The notes: generated from the sequence alone by a model not told the origin. Positions 38,403-49,352 are shown, counted from the stretch's first letter. The stretch is DNA of 64,000 bases from Vicinamibacteria bacterium (GCA_965199715.1 OZ241322.1:800001-864000), one strand, 5' to 3'. Numbers and translations are program-made.

Positions 38403-41400
38403 ATGGGGTTTCACGAGACACTGGAACAACTCCGGGCGCAGGCGACCACATCAACCGAACAGGGGCAGCTCTTCGAACGCCTCATGAAGCGGTTCTTCCA
38501 GTTGGACCCGGTGTACCGGGACCGCTTCTCGAATGTCTGGCTCTGGTCGGAGTGGGCCAAGGACCGGCCCGGCTTCACGGCGCAGGACATCGGGATCGAC
38601 CTCGTCGCCGAGGAGCGGGGCGGCGGCGTCTGCGCCATCCAGTGCAAGTTCCACGGACCGAACACCAAGATCCAGAAACCTGCGATCGACTCGTTCATCG
38701 CCGCCTCGGCGCAGGAGGCGTTCACCGGGCGGCTGATGGTGGACACCGGCAAGGAGTGGGGCGACAACGCGATCAAGACCATCGAGAAGGTCACCCCCGC
38801 TTGTCAGGTTCTCCAGACCGCGGAACTGGCCAAGGCCGCCATCCACTGGCCGGATCTCGCGCAACAGGCCCCGGAGGACATCCGCCGGGCGGAAAAGCTC
38901 ACGCTGCGGCGGCACCAACGCGAAACCGTCCACGACGTCCAGAAAGGGTTTCAATCAAACGACCGGGGCAAGCTGGTCATGGCGTGCGGCACCGGCAAGA
39001 CGTTGGCCGCGCTCGCGATCGCCGAGCGGGAAGCCGGCGTGGGCGGCAGGGTCCTCTATCTCGTCCCGTCCATCTCGCTCTTCCAGCAGTCGATGCGGGC
39101 GTGGGCCGAGCAGCGGACCGTCCCCCACCACTACGTGGGCATCTGCTCGGACACGCGTGCGGGGAAAGAGGACGAGGACGCCTCGATCCAGGAGCTGGAG
39201 ATCCCGGTCACGACCAACCCCGAGAAGATCGGCGAGGCGCTCGGGAAGAACCGGCCCACGTCCATGACGGTGGTGTTCTCGACCTACCAGTCGCTGCCGC
39301 TGGTGCAGGCGGCGCAGGACGACGGCGCTCCCGCCTTCAACCTCGTGATCTGCGACGAGGCGCACCGGACGACCGGCGTGGACAAGCCCGGCGACAAGAC
39401 CTCGCCGTTCGTCCTCGTCCACGACCGGAACGCGATCCGGGCCGAGAAGCGGCTCTACATGACCGCGACCCCGCGCCTCTACACCGCCGGGGCCAAGGCG
39501 AAGGCCGCCCACCATTCGGTGGAAGTGTTCTCAATGGACGACGAGGCGACCTACGGCCCGGAGTTCCACCGGCTGCGCTTCTCGGACGCGGTCGAGCAGG
39601 ACCTGCTGTCGGACTACAAGGTCGTCATCTTCGCCATGTCGGAGGAGCACGCGGCGGCGGCGCTCCAGAAGCACCTCGCGACCGACGAGGGCGAGATCAA
39701 GCTGGACGACGCGGCCAAGATCGTCGGCTGCTGGCGGGCGCTCCAGAACCCCGAGGACAAGAAGCCCGGGGACGGCCCCATCCAGCCGCTCCGCCGGGCC
39801 ATCGCCTTCACCAACAAGATCAAGTCCTCAAAGCTCGTCACGAAGCACTGGGGCGGCATCGTCGAGCAGGCCGTCAAGCAGTTGCCCGAGGACGAGCGCG
39901 ACGGAGCGTTCCGCTGCGAGCTGGAGCACGTGGACGGCCAGCACCACGCCCTCGACCGGAAGAGCCGCCTCGAATGGCTGAAGGAGGACTCCGAAGGGGC
40001 CTGCCGCATCCTCTCGAACGCCCGCTGCCTGTCGGAGGGCATCGACGTGCCGGCGCTCGACGCCGTCCTGTTCCTCAGTCCAAGGAACAGTCAGGTGGAC
40101 ATCGTGCAGGCCGTGGGCCGCGCCATGCGGAAGGCCCCCGGCAAGAAGTACGGCTACATCGTCATCCCGATCGCCGTACCCGCCGGAACCGACCCGGCGA
40201 GAGCGCTCGACGACAACAAGCGCTTCGCGGCGCTCTGGGGCGTGCTCCGGGCGCTGCGGTCCCACGACGACCGCTTCAACGCGGAAATCAACAAGATCGA
40301 TCTCAACCGGAACAAGGGCTCCCGGATCATCCTCATCAACGGGAACGGCCCGCGCCCCGTCCCAATCCCGTTCCCGACGCTCGACCTGCCGCCGGGCGCC
40401 ATCTTCGCCAAGATCGTCGAGAAGTGCGGCGACCGGAAGTACTGGGAGTCGTGGGCGAAGGACGTGGCCGACATCTTCTCGCGCCTCGTCGTCCGCATCG
40501 ACGACCTGCTGGCCACTCCCGAGAGCGACACCCTGCGCGAGTGGTTCGACGCCTTCCTCGACGAACTGAAGGAATCCATCAACGACTCCATCACGCGCAA
40601 GGACGCCGTCAGCATGATGGCGCAGCACATCCTCACCCGCCCGGTGTTCGAGGCGCTGTTCGAGAACTACGACTTCGCATCGAACAACCCGGTGGCCCGG
40701 GCGCTCGACGAGCTCAGGAAGGACTTCGGCGAGTTCGGGCTGGAGAACGAGATCCGGGATCTGGAGGGCTTCTACCAAAGCGTGCGGCAGCGGGCGCGGG
40801 GCCTCGACAACAGCGAGGCGCGGCAGAAAGTCCTGATGGAGCTCTACGAGAACTTCTTCGCGACCGCGCTGAAGAAGGAAGCCGACCGCCTCGGCATCGT
40901 GTACACGCCGGTCGAAGTCGTGGACTTCATCCTGCATAGCGCCGACCACGTGCTGCGGCAGGAGTTCGGTCGCTCGCTCGGCGACGAGGGCGTCCACGTC
41001 ATGGACCCGTTCACCGGAACGGGCATCTTCCCGGTGCGGCTCCTCCAGTCAGGCCTGATCCCGAACGAAGACCTCGAACGCAAGTACCGGGAGGAACTCC
41101 ACGCCAACGAGATCATGCTGCTCGCCTACTACATCGCGGCGGTGCACATCGAGGAGGCGTACCACGGCAGGCGCGGAGCGGGAAGCGGTTACGAACCGTT
41201 CGAGGGGATCGTCCTCACGGATACGTTCAATCTCCAGACGAAGAAGGGAACGCTCCCCTACGACTGGCTCCCGGCGAACAGCGAACGCCTGAAGCGCCAG
41301 CAGGAACTTCCGATCGAGGTGATCGTGGGGAATCCTCCGTGGTCCGCTGGCCAGCGCAGTTCAGCGGACGACAACCCGAACGTCGCCTATCCGGCGCTGG

Positions 41401-43136
41401 CGAAGCGCGTGGCCGAGACCTACGCGGCCCGCTCCACCGCCACGCTCAAGAACAGCCTCTACGACAGCTACAAGATGGCGATCCGGTGGGCTTCGGACCG
41501 GATCGGGAAGAAGGGGGTCATCGCACTGGTCACGAACGGTTCATGGATCGACGGCAACGCGGACTCCGGAATCCGTGCCTGCCTTGCGGAGGAGTTCAGT
41601 TCGATCTGGGTGCTGAACTTGCGCGGAAACCAACGCACGCAGGGTGAACGCTCGCGTCGTGAGGGCGGCAAGGTGTTCGGGCAGGGCTCACGGGCACCTG
41701 TGGCCATCACGCTCCTCGTCCGTAATCCCAAGGCAGGTCACGACGGCTGCCAGATCCACTACCACGACATCGGCGACTACCTGAAGCGTGAAGACAAGCT
41801 CGGCATTCTGGAGGAAGCTGAGTCAATCGACGGAATCAGCGACTGGAAGGCGATCACACCCGACGCGCATCACGACTGGATCGGCCAGCGCGACCAGTCG
41901 TTCCAAGCCTTCTACCCAATCGGCTCCAAGGACGTCAAGTCCGGCGCTTCTGAAGAGGCGGCATTCAACCTGTTCAGTCACGGCTACAAGACAAATCGAG
42001 ATGCTTACATCTACAGTTTCTCAGAGGAAGCCTGCACGGAAACCGCACGTTTGATGGTCGGCGAATACATGGGGGCAATGCAGCTTCGCGAAGATGATCC
42101 CGACTACACGGTTGACGAGGCCGCTCATCGTCGCTCGTCACATTTGCGATGGGATCGAGAGTTGAAGGATCGGCTCCGGCGAGGGCAGCACGTTGTGTTT
42201 TCTTCCGATCGCGTCCTTGCCGCTCAGTACCGTCCCTTCGTGAAGCAACGCTGCTACGTGGACTACGTTCTCGCCAGCGTGAAAGGACAACACGACCGCA
42301 TGTTCCCGAGTTGGTGGCACGAAGGCGCTGAACCGACCGAACGCAAGAATCATGCTATTCTTGTTCCCGGAATTGGGGCGACGAAGTCATTCGGTCCACT
42401 GATCGTGGACACGATGCCCGATGTGGAGGTCATGACAAAGGGCCAGTGCTTTCCGCGTTGGACCTATCCCCAGCGAGAGTTCAACGGCCCAACAGCACTG
42501 TTACCGACTTCCGTTGAGCGCGTAGACAACATCACCGACCACGCGCTCCACACGTTCCGCGAGCACTACGGCGACGAGTCGATTACGAAGGACGCGATCT
42601 TCGACTACGTATACGGCATGCTTCACGCCCGGGAGTATGGAACCCGCTTCGCCAACGACCTCTCCAAGGGCTTGCCGCGGATTCCGTTCGCGCCGGACTT
42701 CCGAGCCTTCGAGAGGGCCGGACGCGATCTCGCCGTGCTCCACCTTGAGTACGAGACCTGCGACGAGTACCCGCTGGAGCTCGTCACCGCAGGCTCCGAG
42801 CCGCTCCAGTCAGAGCACTACCGGCTGACCACAAGGGCCATGCGGTACGCCGACAAGGAGCGGACTGAACTCATCGTCAACGACCACGTTCGACTCCGGG
42901 GCATTCCCGCCGAGGCGCACGAGTACGAAGTCAACGGGCGCTCGCCGCTCGGCTGGTTCATCGACCGCTACCGGATCAAGCAGGATCGGCGCAGCGGGAT
43001 CGTGAACGACCCGAACGGCTGGTTCGAGAAGCCCGAGGACCTGATCCCGGCGATCCGCCGGATCGTCCACGTCAGCGTCGAGACCGTCCGCATCGTCGCG
43101 GGGCTCCCGACGCCGTTCCCCGCCAACCTCTCCTAA
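38403..43136 (+). CDS. Type ISP restriction-modification enzyme (Mrr-like nuclease, SF2 helicase, N6-MTase, TRD)
   Basis: 'DIGIDLV...AIQCK', 'ACGTGKT', 'DEAH', 'QAVGRAMR', 'DPFTGTG', 'GNPPW', C-terminal 'SGIVNDPN'. Confidence 0.93.
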   Translation: MGFHETLEQLRAQATTSTEQGQLFERLMKRFFQLDPVYRDRFSNVWLWSEWAKDRPGFTAQDIGIDLVAEERGGGVCAIQCKFHGPNTKIQKPAIDSFIAASAQEAFTGRLMVDTGKEWGDNAIKTIEKVTPACQVLQTAELAKAAIHWPDLAQQAPEDIRRAEKLTLRRHQRETVHDVQKGFQSNDRGKLVMACGTGKTLAALAIAEREAGVGGRVLYLVPSISLFQQSMRAWAEQRTVPHHYVGICSDTRAGKEDEDASIQELEIPVTTNPEKIGEALGKNRPTSMTVVFSTYQSLPLVQAAQDDGAPAFNLVICDEAHRTTGVDKPGDKTSPFVLVHDRNAIRAEKRLYMTATPRLYTAGAKAKAAHHSVEVFSMDDEATYGPEFHRLRFSDAVEQDLLSDYKVVIFAMSEEHAAAALQKHLATDEGEIKLDDAAKIVGCWRALQNPEDKKPGDGPIQPLRRAIAFTNKIKSSKLVTKHWGGIVEQAVKQLPEDERDGAFRCELEHVDGQHHALDRKSRLEWLKEDSEGACRILSNARCLSEGIDVPALDAVLFLSPRNSQVDIVQAVGRAMRKAPGKKYGYIVIPIAVPAGTDPARALDDNKRFAALWGVLRALRSHDDRFNAEINKIDLNRNKGSRIILINGNGPRPVPIPFPTLDLPPGAIFAKIVEKCGDRKYWESWAKDVADIFSRLVVRIDDLLATPESDTLREWFDAFLDELKESINDSITRKDAVSMMAQHILTRPVFEALFENYDFASNNPVARALDELRKDFGEFGLENEIRDLEGFYQSVRQRARGLDNSEARQKVLMELYENFFATALKKEADRLGIVYTPVEVVDFILHSADHVLRQEFGRSLGDEGVHVMDPFTGTGIFPVRLLQSGLIPNEDLERKYREELHANEIMLLAYYIAAVHIEEAYHGRRGAGSGYEPFEGIVLTDTFNLQTKKGTLPYDWLPANSERLKRQQELPIEVIVGNPPWSAGQRSSADDNPNVAYPALAKRVAETYAARSTATLKNSLYDSYKMAIRWASDRIGKKGVIALVTNGSWIDGNADSGIRACLAEEFSSIWVLNLRGNQRTQGERSRREGGKVFGQGSRAPVAITLLVRNPKAGHDGCQIHYHDIGDYLKREDKLGILEEAESIDGISDWKAITPDAHHDWIGQRDQSFQAFYPIGSKDVKSGASEEAAFNLFSHGYKTNRDAYIYSFSEEACTETARLMVGEYMGAMQLREDDPDYTVDEAAHRRSSHLRWDRELKDRLRRGQHVVFSSDRVLAAQYRPFVKQRCYVDYVLASVKGQHDRMFPSWWHEGAEPTERKNHAILVPGIGATKSFGPLIVDTMPDVEVMTKGQCFPRWTYPQREFNGPTALLPTSVERVDNITDHALHTFREHYGDESITKDAIFDYVYGMLHAREYGTRFANDLSKGLPRIPFAPDFRAFERAGRDLAVLHLEYETCDEYPLELVTAGSEPLQSEHYRLTTRAMRYADKERTELIVNDHVRLRGIPAEAHEYEVNGRSPLGWFIDRYRIKQDRRSGIVNDPNGWFEKPEDLIPAIRRIVHVSVETVRIVAGLPTPFPANLS

Positions 43137-43342
43137 ACGATAGAACGTAAGTGAGTTGTATCTCTTCGTGCGACCGGCTGGTCGCGGAGCAGGGCGTCTG
43201 GACGGCGGCGGGATCAGCACTTGCGCCAGTCAGCGGCTGAGAGCGCACCGGGATACCATAGAGGCCTGTCGCGTTGACGGCCGTTGGCCCTTCGGAGGCC
43301 TCAGCCCGTGACGCTAGTCCCGCGCAGGAGGGCGGCGAGGGA

Positions 43343-43573
43343 ATGAGCGATGCTAAGGCGGCACGGCATGACTCTCCGGTAGCGGAGGCCGGACGCACGC
43401 GCAGGCAAGCGCATGACGACCTCCTCAAGGAGGCTCTCGCTCGCCCCGGGATCCGAGAGGTCATGAAGGTGTACGGCGATTGGTACCGCGCCGATCGTGC
43501 GATGGACCCTTGGCGCGCGGCGACGCAAGAAAGGTATCGGAACCCGACGACGGACAGAACCAATCAGGGCTGA
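43343..43573 (+). CDS. Small hypothetical protein (76 aa) directly upstream of the protease gene
   Basis: GAGGG SD + ATG; stop lies 6 bp before the protease ATG. Confidence 0.55.
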   Translation: MSDAKAARHDSPVAEAGRTRRQAHDDLLKEALARPGIREVMKVYGDWYRADRAMDPWRAATQERYRNPTTDRTNQG

Positions 43574-43579
43574 GCGGTC

Positions 43580-44546
43580 ATGCCCACTTGGAGTGGCGTC
43601 CTAGAGCGCTTGGTACGGAGTCCGCTGCCAAGCGCAGCTCCAGACTTCGACGGCGTCCGACGACATTACCTGCACGCCCTGCATCGGCACACCGGTCGTA
43701 GCGTCGTCCTCTACGCCACGGCGTGGCTCCAGAAGCAGGCTCCTCCCCCAGCTCATCTCCATCCATGACGAAGACATTCATGCGCTCATGGAAGTCACGG
43801 CGGGACCGCAGAACAAGAAACTCGATTTAATTCTGCACAGCCCGGGCGGATCTCCCACAGCTGCCGAGGGCATCGTGACCTATCTGCGTTCCAGATTTGA
43901 GCACATCAGGGTGATCGTCCCGAACCTCGCCATGTCGGCAGCCACCATGGTCAGTTGCGCGGCCGACGTCATCGTAATGGGAAAGCACTCATTCCTTGGC
44001 CCCATTGACCCACAGCTCCTTCTTTCCACACCGCTCGGGATGCGCTCCGTTCCGGCGCAGGCGATTCTGGACCAGTTTGACCGCGCTCAGCGCGAATCGG
44101 TTTCTCCGGAAAAGTTTGCCGCATGAGTGCCCATGTTGAACCAATACGGCCCCGACCTTCTGGAACAAAGCGAAGCAGCCCTTGAACTTTCCCGCGACTT
44201 GGTTCGTGCGTGGCTCACGGAGTTTATGTTTCGAGACTTGCCCAACGCCGTGGAGAGTGCTGATGCGATCGCCAAATGGTTGTCAGACCATGCGGAGCTC
44301 AAGAGTCACAGCCGGCACATTCCGAGAACCGAACTCCAACAACGAGGCCTCGTAGTCAAGAATCTGGAAGATGACCCCGACCTCCAAGACTTGAGCCTCT
44401 CTGTATTCCACGCGGCGACGCATGCGTTCAACGGCACACCGACTGCCAAGATCGTGGAGAACCACCTAGGAAGAGCGTTCGTCAAGCAGAATGCAGTCGT
44501 GCCTAGCATGAACGCGGCACCGGGCGCATGGACGGACCAACGCTGA
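43580..44546 (+). pseudogene. SDH_sah/ClpP-like (S49) serine protease, disrupted
   Basis: 'LHSPGG', 'AMSAATM', 'GPIDPQ', 'SHSRHI'; frameshift at the C5 run 43745-43749 and in-frame TGA at 44124-44126. Confidence 0.85.
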
Positions 44547-44668
44547 CGCTCCGGTAACTCGGGAAGGAATCCTAGGCTACCGTCCGTCGACTCTCGGGGC
44601 GCAGGATTCAGCCGAACTGCCCGCCAGCGTCCGGCTGAGGCGAACCCCAGCCGAACCCCCGCGCCGAC

Positions 44669-47600
44669 CTAGTTCTCCTCGGTCGCCACCACCACGGCGG
44701 GTACGCCGAGGGACGCGACGCGCTCGTTGAAGGGCGCCATGTGCTCGGCCAGCGCGCTCTCGATGGACTCGTGGATCGCGTCCAGTTCGGGCTTCAGGTC
44801 GTCGAAGCGCTCGTAGGCTCCGGCGGTGGGCTGGTCGTTGCCCTGGACGATGTAGCCGTAGAGCGTCACGAGCTGGTTGTCGATCTGCGGCGGGAAGTTG
44901 ATCGGGTCCTGCGAGGACTTGCTCTGGACCTGGGTGATCGTCTCCTCGATCTCGGTGAGTCGCTCGTCGAGCGCCTTCGAGAGCGTGTCCAGCTCCTCGT
45001 CGGCGCGCTCCGCCTTCTTCAGGCGGGCCACGATGTCGGTCGCCTGCGTTTTCACGTCGCGCACCCGGTTGAGCGCGTCGAAGAGCTTCGTGACCTCGGC
45101 CGCGACCTGCTTGCCGAGGTCGTACTGCTTCTGGAGATCGTCCGTCGTGATCGTGAGATTGGGCCGGACGCCGACCTCGATCATCTGCGAGTGGGTGGTC
45201 TCGCCGACGGTGAGGCGCACCTCGAAGGTTCCGGGGACGACGCTCAGGCCGGGGGTGCCGCCCCAGTGCACGACGCCCGCCGGACGCTGGACGCCCTCCT
45301 CCCGGAGGTTCCAGCGGAACGAGTTGAGGCCCGCTTCGGCGGGGAGCCGCGCCCTCGGACCGCCGCCGAAGAACGCGGCGAACGGCGAGACCGGGCCGGT
45401 CGGAGCCGCGGCGCCCGGCTGGCCGGTGACCTTCCGCACGCTGTTCCCCTCGGAATCGAGGATCTCGAGCGTGATCGCCGACTCCGGGGTCTCCTTCAGG
45501 TGGTAGCGGACGTTCGCGCCCGAGAAGAAGTCGCCGCGGTAGGCCATGCGGGGCTCGTAGAGCCACGAATCGGCGGCCATCACCTCGTCGGTGATCTGGT
45601 GCAGCGGGGTCAGGTCGTCCAGCACCCAGAACGAGCGGCCCTGGGTGGCGACTACCAGATCCTGCCGGTGGACCTGCATGTCGGTGATCGGGCTCACCGG
45701 GAGGTTCTGCTGGAAGCGCTGCCAGTGCGCCCCGTCGTCGAACGAGACGTAGAGGCCGAACTCGGTCCCGGCGTAGAGCAGGCCCATCCGGTCGGGGTCC
45801 TCGCGGATCGCCCGCACCGGGTGCGTCGGCGGGATGCCGTTGGTCCCGTCGGTGAGCAGGTCCCAGCTCTCCCCGGAGTTCGTCGTGCGGAAGACGTACG
45901 GGCGAAAGTCGTTCTCGCGGTAGCGGTACACGGCGATGAAGACCCGCGCCGGGTCGTGCGAACTGATCTCGATCACGTTCACGGTGCCGCCCTCGGGCAT
46001 GTCCTCGGGGGTGACGTTCGTCCACGTCTCGCCCCGGTCGGGGGAGATGTGGACGCGCCCGTCGTCGCTGCCGGCCCACAACTGGCGCTCGACGTGCGGC
46101 GACTCCTCGAACGCGAAGATCGTGTTGTACACCTCGACGCCGGTGTTGTCTCTGGTGATCGGGCCGCCGGCGTAGTCCTGCTGCTCGGGGTCGTTCGACG
46201 TGAGGTCGGGGCTGATGATGCGCCAGCTCTGGCCCTCGTCGCGGGACATGTGGACCACCTGCGAGGCGTGGTAGAGGATGTCGGGATCGTGCGGCGAGAG
46301 CCGGATCGGCGCGTTCCACTGGAACCGGTAGTCGAGGTCGCGCGCCGCCTGCCCCAACTGGAGCTGCGGGTAGTGGAGGATCTGGCGCACTTCGCCGGTG
46401 TTGCGGTCCACCCGGGTGATCGAGCCGCCGTAGCAACCCGCGTAGATGACGTTGTGGTCTCTGGGATCCACGGCGATGTGGCCGCTCTCGCAGCCGCCGA
46501 CCTGATACCAGTCGGGCACCACGCTGAAGCCGCCCCGGGACGGCACCGAGATCGTGCTGTTGTCCTGCTGCGATCCGTAAATCCGGTAGGGCCACTGGTC
46601 GTCCACATAGACCCGGTACATCTCCGAGGTCTCCTGCCCCATCTGGTCGGTCCAGCTCTTCCCGCCGTCGAAGCTCACGTTCGCGCCGCCGTCGTTCGCG
46701 TTGATCATGTTCATCGGGTTGTCGGGGTTGATCCACAGGTCGTGGTTGTCCCCGTGGGGGACCCGGATCCGCTCGGGGAAGGTCCGGCCCCCGTCGATGG
46801 ACTTGTGGAACCCCACGTTGAGGCCGTACACCGTGTTCTCGTCGTGCGGGTCGGCGAAGATGTGGATGTAGTACCAGGGCCGCTGCCGCAGGTTCGCGTC
46901 GCCGTTGATGCGGGTGAAGGAGTCGCCGCCGTCGTCGGACCGGTACACGCCGCCGCGCTCGCCCTCGGCCTCGGTCAGCACCCAGATGCGGTCGGAGTTG
47001 GCCGGGGAGATCGCGACCTTGGTCTTGCCGACGAGTCCGGTGGGAAGCCCGTTCTCCACCTTCTCCCACGTGTCGCCGCCATCCCGGCTGCGATACACGC
47101 CGTCGTCCTCGCTGCCCGAGATCATCGTCCACGGCTTGCGCTCGGCGCTCCACGCGCCGGCGTAGAGGATGCGCGGGTTGTTCGGATCCATCTGCACGTC
47201 CACGAAGCCGGTGCGGTCGGAGATGTGGTGCACCTGCTCCCAGGTCTCGCCGCCGTCCTGCGTGCGGTAGATGCCCCGGTCGTCGTTGGGGCCGAAGATG
47301 TGGCCGAGCGCGGCCGCGAACACCAGATCGGGGTCCTCGGGGTGCACTGCCAGCGCGCCGATCTGTCCGGCCTGGCGCAGCCCGATATGCGCCCACGTCT
47401 TGCCGGCGTCGGTGGACTTGTACATGCCGTCGCCGACCGAGATGTTCCCTCGGGGCGAGGCCGAACCGGTCCCGACATAGACCACGTTCACGTCCGACTC
47501 GGCGACCGCGATGGCGCCGACCGAGCCGACTCCGAAGTACCCGTCGCTCACGTTGACCCACGAGTGGCCGGCGTCGGTGCTCTTGAACACCCCGCCGCCG

Positions 47601-47827
47601 GTGCCGCCGAAGTAGTAAGTCAGGGGATCGCCGGGAACCCCGGTGGCCGCGGTGGAGCGCCCGCCCCGGGTGAACCCGACCGAGCGGAACTGCATGCCTT
47701 CGAGGTACTCGTCGGGAACGGTGACGTTCGCCTCGTTGAAATGCTCGTCGTAGTCGCGGTGGCTGCCCTGCCCCGCGGCGAGGGGAGCCGCGAGGAGCGC
47801 GGCGGCGAAGAGGATGCGGAACTTCAT
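44669..47827 (-). CDS. Secreted VPS10/sortilin-like BNR-repeat (glycosyl hydrolase-like) protein
   Basis: Signal peptide, 'RGGRS', Asp-boxes, 'HGDNHDLWI', 'ANDGG', coiled-coil C-terminus. Confidence 0.88.
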   Translation of the reverse strand: MKFRILFAAALLAAPLAAGQGSHRDYDEHFNEANVTVPDEYLEGMQFRSVGFTRGGRSTAATGVPGDPLTYYFGGTGGGVFKSTDAGHSWVNVSDGYFGVGSVGAIAVAESDVNVVYVGTGSASPRGNISVGDGMYKSTDAGKTWAHIGLRQAGQIGALAVHPEDPDLVFAAALGHIFGPNDDRGIYRTQDGGETWEQVHHISDRTGFVDVQMDPNNPRILYAGAWSAERKPWTMISGSEDDGVYRSRDGGDTWEKVENGLPTGLVGKTKVAISPANSDRIWVLTEAEGERGGVYRSDDGGDSFTRINGDANLRQRPWYYIHIFADPHDENTVYGLNVGFHKSIDGGRTFPERIRVPHGDNHDLWINPDNPMNMINANDGGANVSFDGGKSWTDQMGQETSEMYRVYVDDQWPYRIYGSQQDNSTISVPSRGGFSVVPDWYQVGGCESGHIAVDPRDHNVIYAGCYGGSITRVDRNTGEVRQILHYPQLQLGQAARDLDYRFQWNAPIRLSPHDPDILYHASQVVHMSRDEGQSWRIISPDLTSNDPEQQDYAGGPITRDNTGVEVYNTIFAFEESPHVERQLWAGSDDGRVHISPDRGETWTNVTPEDMPEGGTVNVIEISSHDPARVFIAVYRYRENDFRPYVFRTTNSGESWDLLTDGTNGIPPTHPVRAIREDPDRMGLLYAGTEFGLYVSFDDGAHWQRFQQNLPVSPITDMQVHRQDLVVATQGRSFWVLDDLTPLHQITDEVMAADSWLYEPRMAYRGDFFSGANVRYHLKETPESAITLEILDSEGNSVRKVTGQPGAAAPTGPVSPFAAFFGGGPRARLPAEAGLNSFRWNLREEGVQRPAGVVHWGGTPGLSVVPGTFEVRLTVGETTHSQMIEVGVRPNLTITTDDLQKQYDLGKQVAAEVTKLFDALNRVRDVKTQATDIVARLKKAERADEELDTLSKALDERLTEIEETITQVQSKSSQDPINFPPQIDNQLVTLYGYIVQGNDQPTAGAYERFDDLKPELDAIHESIESALAEHMAPFNERVASLGVPAVVVATEEN

Positions 47828-47853
47828 GGGGAACCTCCCGGAAGACGGGAATT

Positions 47854-48783
47854 CTACGGTGGAGCGGACTCTCGGAACGCGACGACCTCGTCAAGGCTGG
47901 AAGCGCCGACGGCCGCCATGACCAACCGGTCCACGCCGAGGGCGATTCCGGCGGCCCTTGGGAACGTCCCGTCCTCCAGCGCCGCGAGGAATCGGGAGTC
48001 GGGCGGGCCGACCGGCCGTCCGGCGGCGGCGCGGGCTTCGGACTCGATCCGGAAGCGGCGGCGGTGCTCTTCGGGATCGCGGAGCTCGTCGTAGCCGTTC
48101 GCGAGTTCCAGCCCGTCCACGAAGACCTCGAAGCGGCCGGAGAGCCGGGAATCGGAGGCCAGCAGCCGGGACAGCGCGGCGAGCGGAGCGGGGTACTCCG
48201 TAACGATGTCGGGAGCCGGCTGCCCAAGATCGGGCTCGACGAGCGCCGAGAAGAGGAAGTCGAGCGCCCCGACCCGATCGGGAGCCGGGGCCGGATGGCC
48301 GTGGCCGAGCGCCAGCTTCCCGAGCAGGTCGTCCCCGGCTTCGACGGGGTCCACGCCGACGGCGGCGCGAAAGACCTCCCGGTGCGGGCGAATCCGGGCG
48401 GGCGGACGACCCAGCAGGTGCTGGAGCATGAGATCGATTTCGGCGACGAGCGCCTCGACCGTTCCCGGCCGGTACCACTCGGCGATCGTGAACTCGGCGG
48501 CGTGCAGGCGGCCTTCCTCGCCGCCCCGGAAGCACTTCACGATCTGGAAGATCGGCCCGCTTCCGGCCATCAGCAGCCGCTTCATCGCGAACTCGGGCGA
48601 CGTGTGGAGGAACCCTCCGGCGGCGGGGACGCTTTCAAGCTGACGGTCGGGAGCGCGGAAGGGCCCGAGGATCGGGGTCTCGACTTCGAGGTAACCACGA
48701 GCCTCGAAGAAGCCGCGCATCCGGCGGATCAGCCGGGCGCGCTCCCGCAGCCGCTCCGGGGTCGCGGAAGGTCGCCAGCTCAG
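47854..48783 (-). CDS. epmA: EF-P lysine aminoacylase EpmA (GenX/PoxA)
   Basis: 'WRPSA', '[11 protein letters not shown]', 'EFTIAEWY', 'ELANGY.EL', 'GIALGVDRL'; follows efp; likely CTG start. Confidence 0.92.
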   Translation of the reverse strand: MSWRPSATPERLRERARLIRRMRGFFEARGYLEVETPILGPFRAPDRQLESVPAAGGFLHTSPEFAMKRLLMAGSGPIFQIVKCFRGGEEGRLHAAEFTIAEWYRPGTVEALVAEIDLMLQHLLGRPPARIRPHREVFRAAVGVDPVEAGDDLLGKLALGHGHPAPAPDRVGALDFLFSALVEPDLGQPAPDIVTEYPAPLAALSRLLASDSRLSGRFEVFVDGLELANGYDELRDPEEHRRRFRIESEARAAAGRPVGPPDSRFLAALEDGTFPRAAGIALGVDRLVMAAVGASSLDEVVAFRESAPP

Positions 48784-49352
48784 CTCTTCAGGCGGCCCAC
48801 GTACTCGCCGGTCCGGGTATCGACCCGAAGCACCTCGCCGGTTTCGATGAACAGCGGCACCCGCACCACGGCGCCGGTCTCCAGCGTCGCGTTCTTCGAG
48901 CCGCCGCTCACCGTGTCGCCCCGGATGCCCGGCTCGGTCTCGACGACCCTGAGCTCGACGAACTGGGGCGCGGCCACCTGCAGGATCGCGTTGTTGTAGA
49001 GCGTGATCGCGCAGTTCGCGCCCTGGAGCAGCCAGAGGTGCACGTCGCCCATCGCCTTCTCGTTCGCGGCGAACTGCTCGTAGCTGTTCGGGTCCATGAA
49101 GTGCCACTCGTCGGCGTCGGCGTAGAGGAACTGCATCTCGGTCGAGATCACGTCCGCCGCCGGCACCTTCTCGCCGGAGCGGAGCGTCTTGTCGAGCACG
49201 CGCCCGGTCTTGAGGTTGCGGTAGCGGATCTTGGTGAACGCCTGGCCCTTGCCGGGCTTCACGAACTCGCAGTTGATGAGGATCGCCGGATCGCCGTCCA
49301 GCATGACCTTGAGCCCGCTGCGGAACTCGTTCGTCGCGTAGGTGTCGGCCAT
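48780..49352 (-). CDS. efp: Elongation factor P
   Basis: 'KPGKGQAF', 'PGIRGDT', 'VPLFI..GE...VDTRTGEY'. Confidence 0.97.
   Translation of the reverse strand: MADTYATNEFRSGLKVMLDGDPAILINCEFVKPGKGQAFTKIRYRNLKTGRVLDKTLRSGEKVPAADVISTEMQFLYADADEWHFMDPNSYEQFAANEKAMGDVHLWLLQGANCAITLYNNAILQVAAPQFVELRVVETEPGIRGDTVSGGSKNATLETGAVVRVPLFIETGEVLRVDTRTGEYVGRLKS

Noticed and set aside
44124-44126. TGA recoding (Sec or Trp) in the protease gene
   Set aside because: TGA is used as a normal stop across the window, and the same gene also has a frameshift, so decay is simpler
38403-44560. Integrative element or prophage around the Type ISP island
   Set aside because: No integrase, transposase, tRNA target or flanking direct repeats recognised
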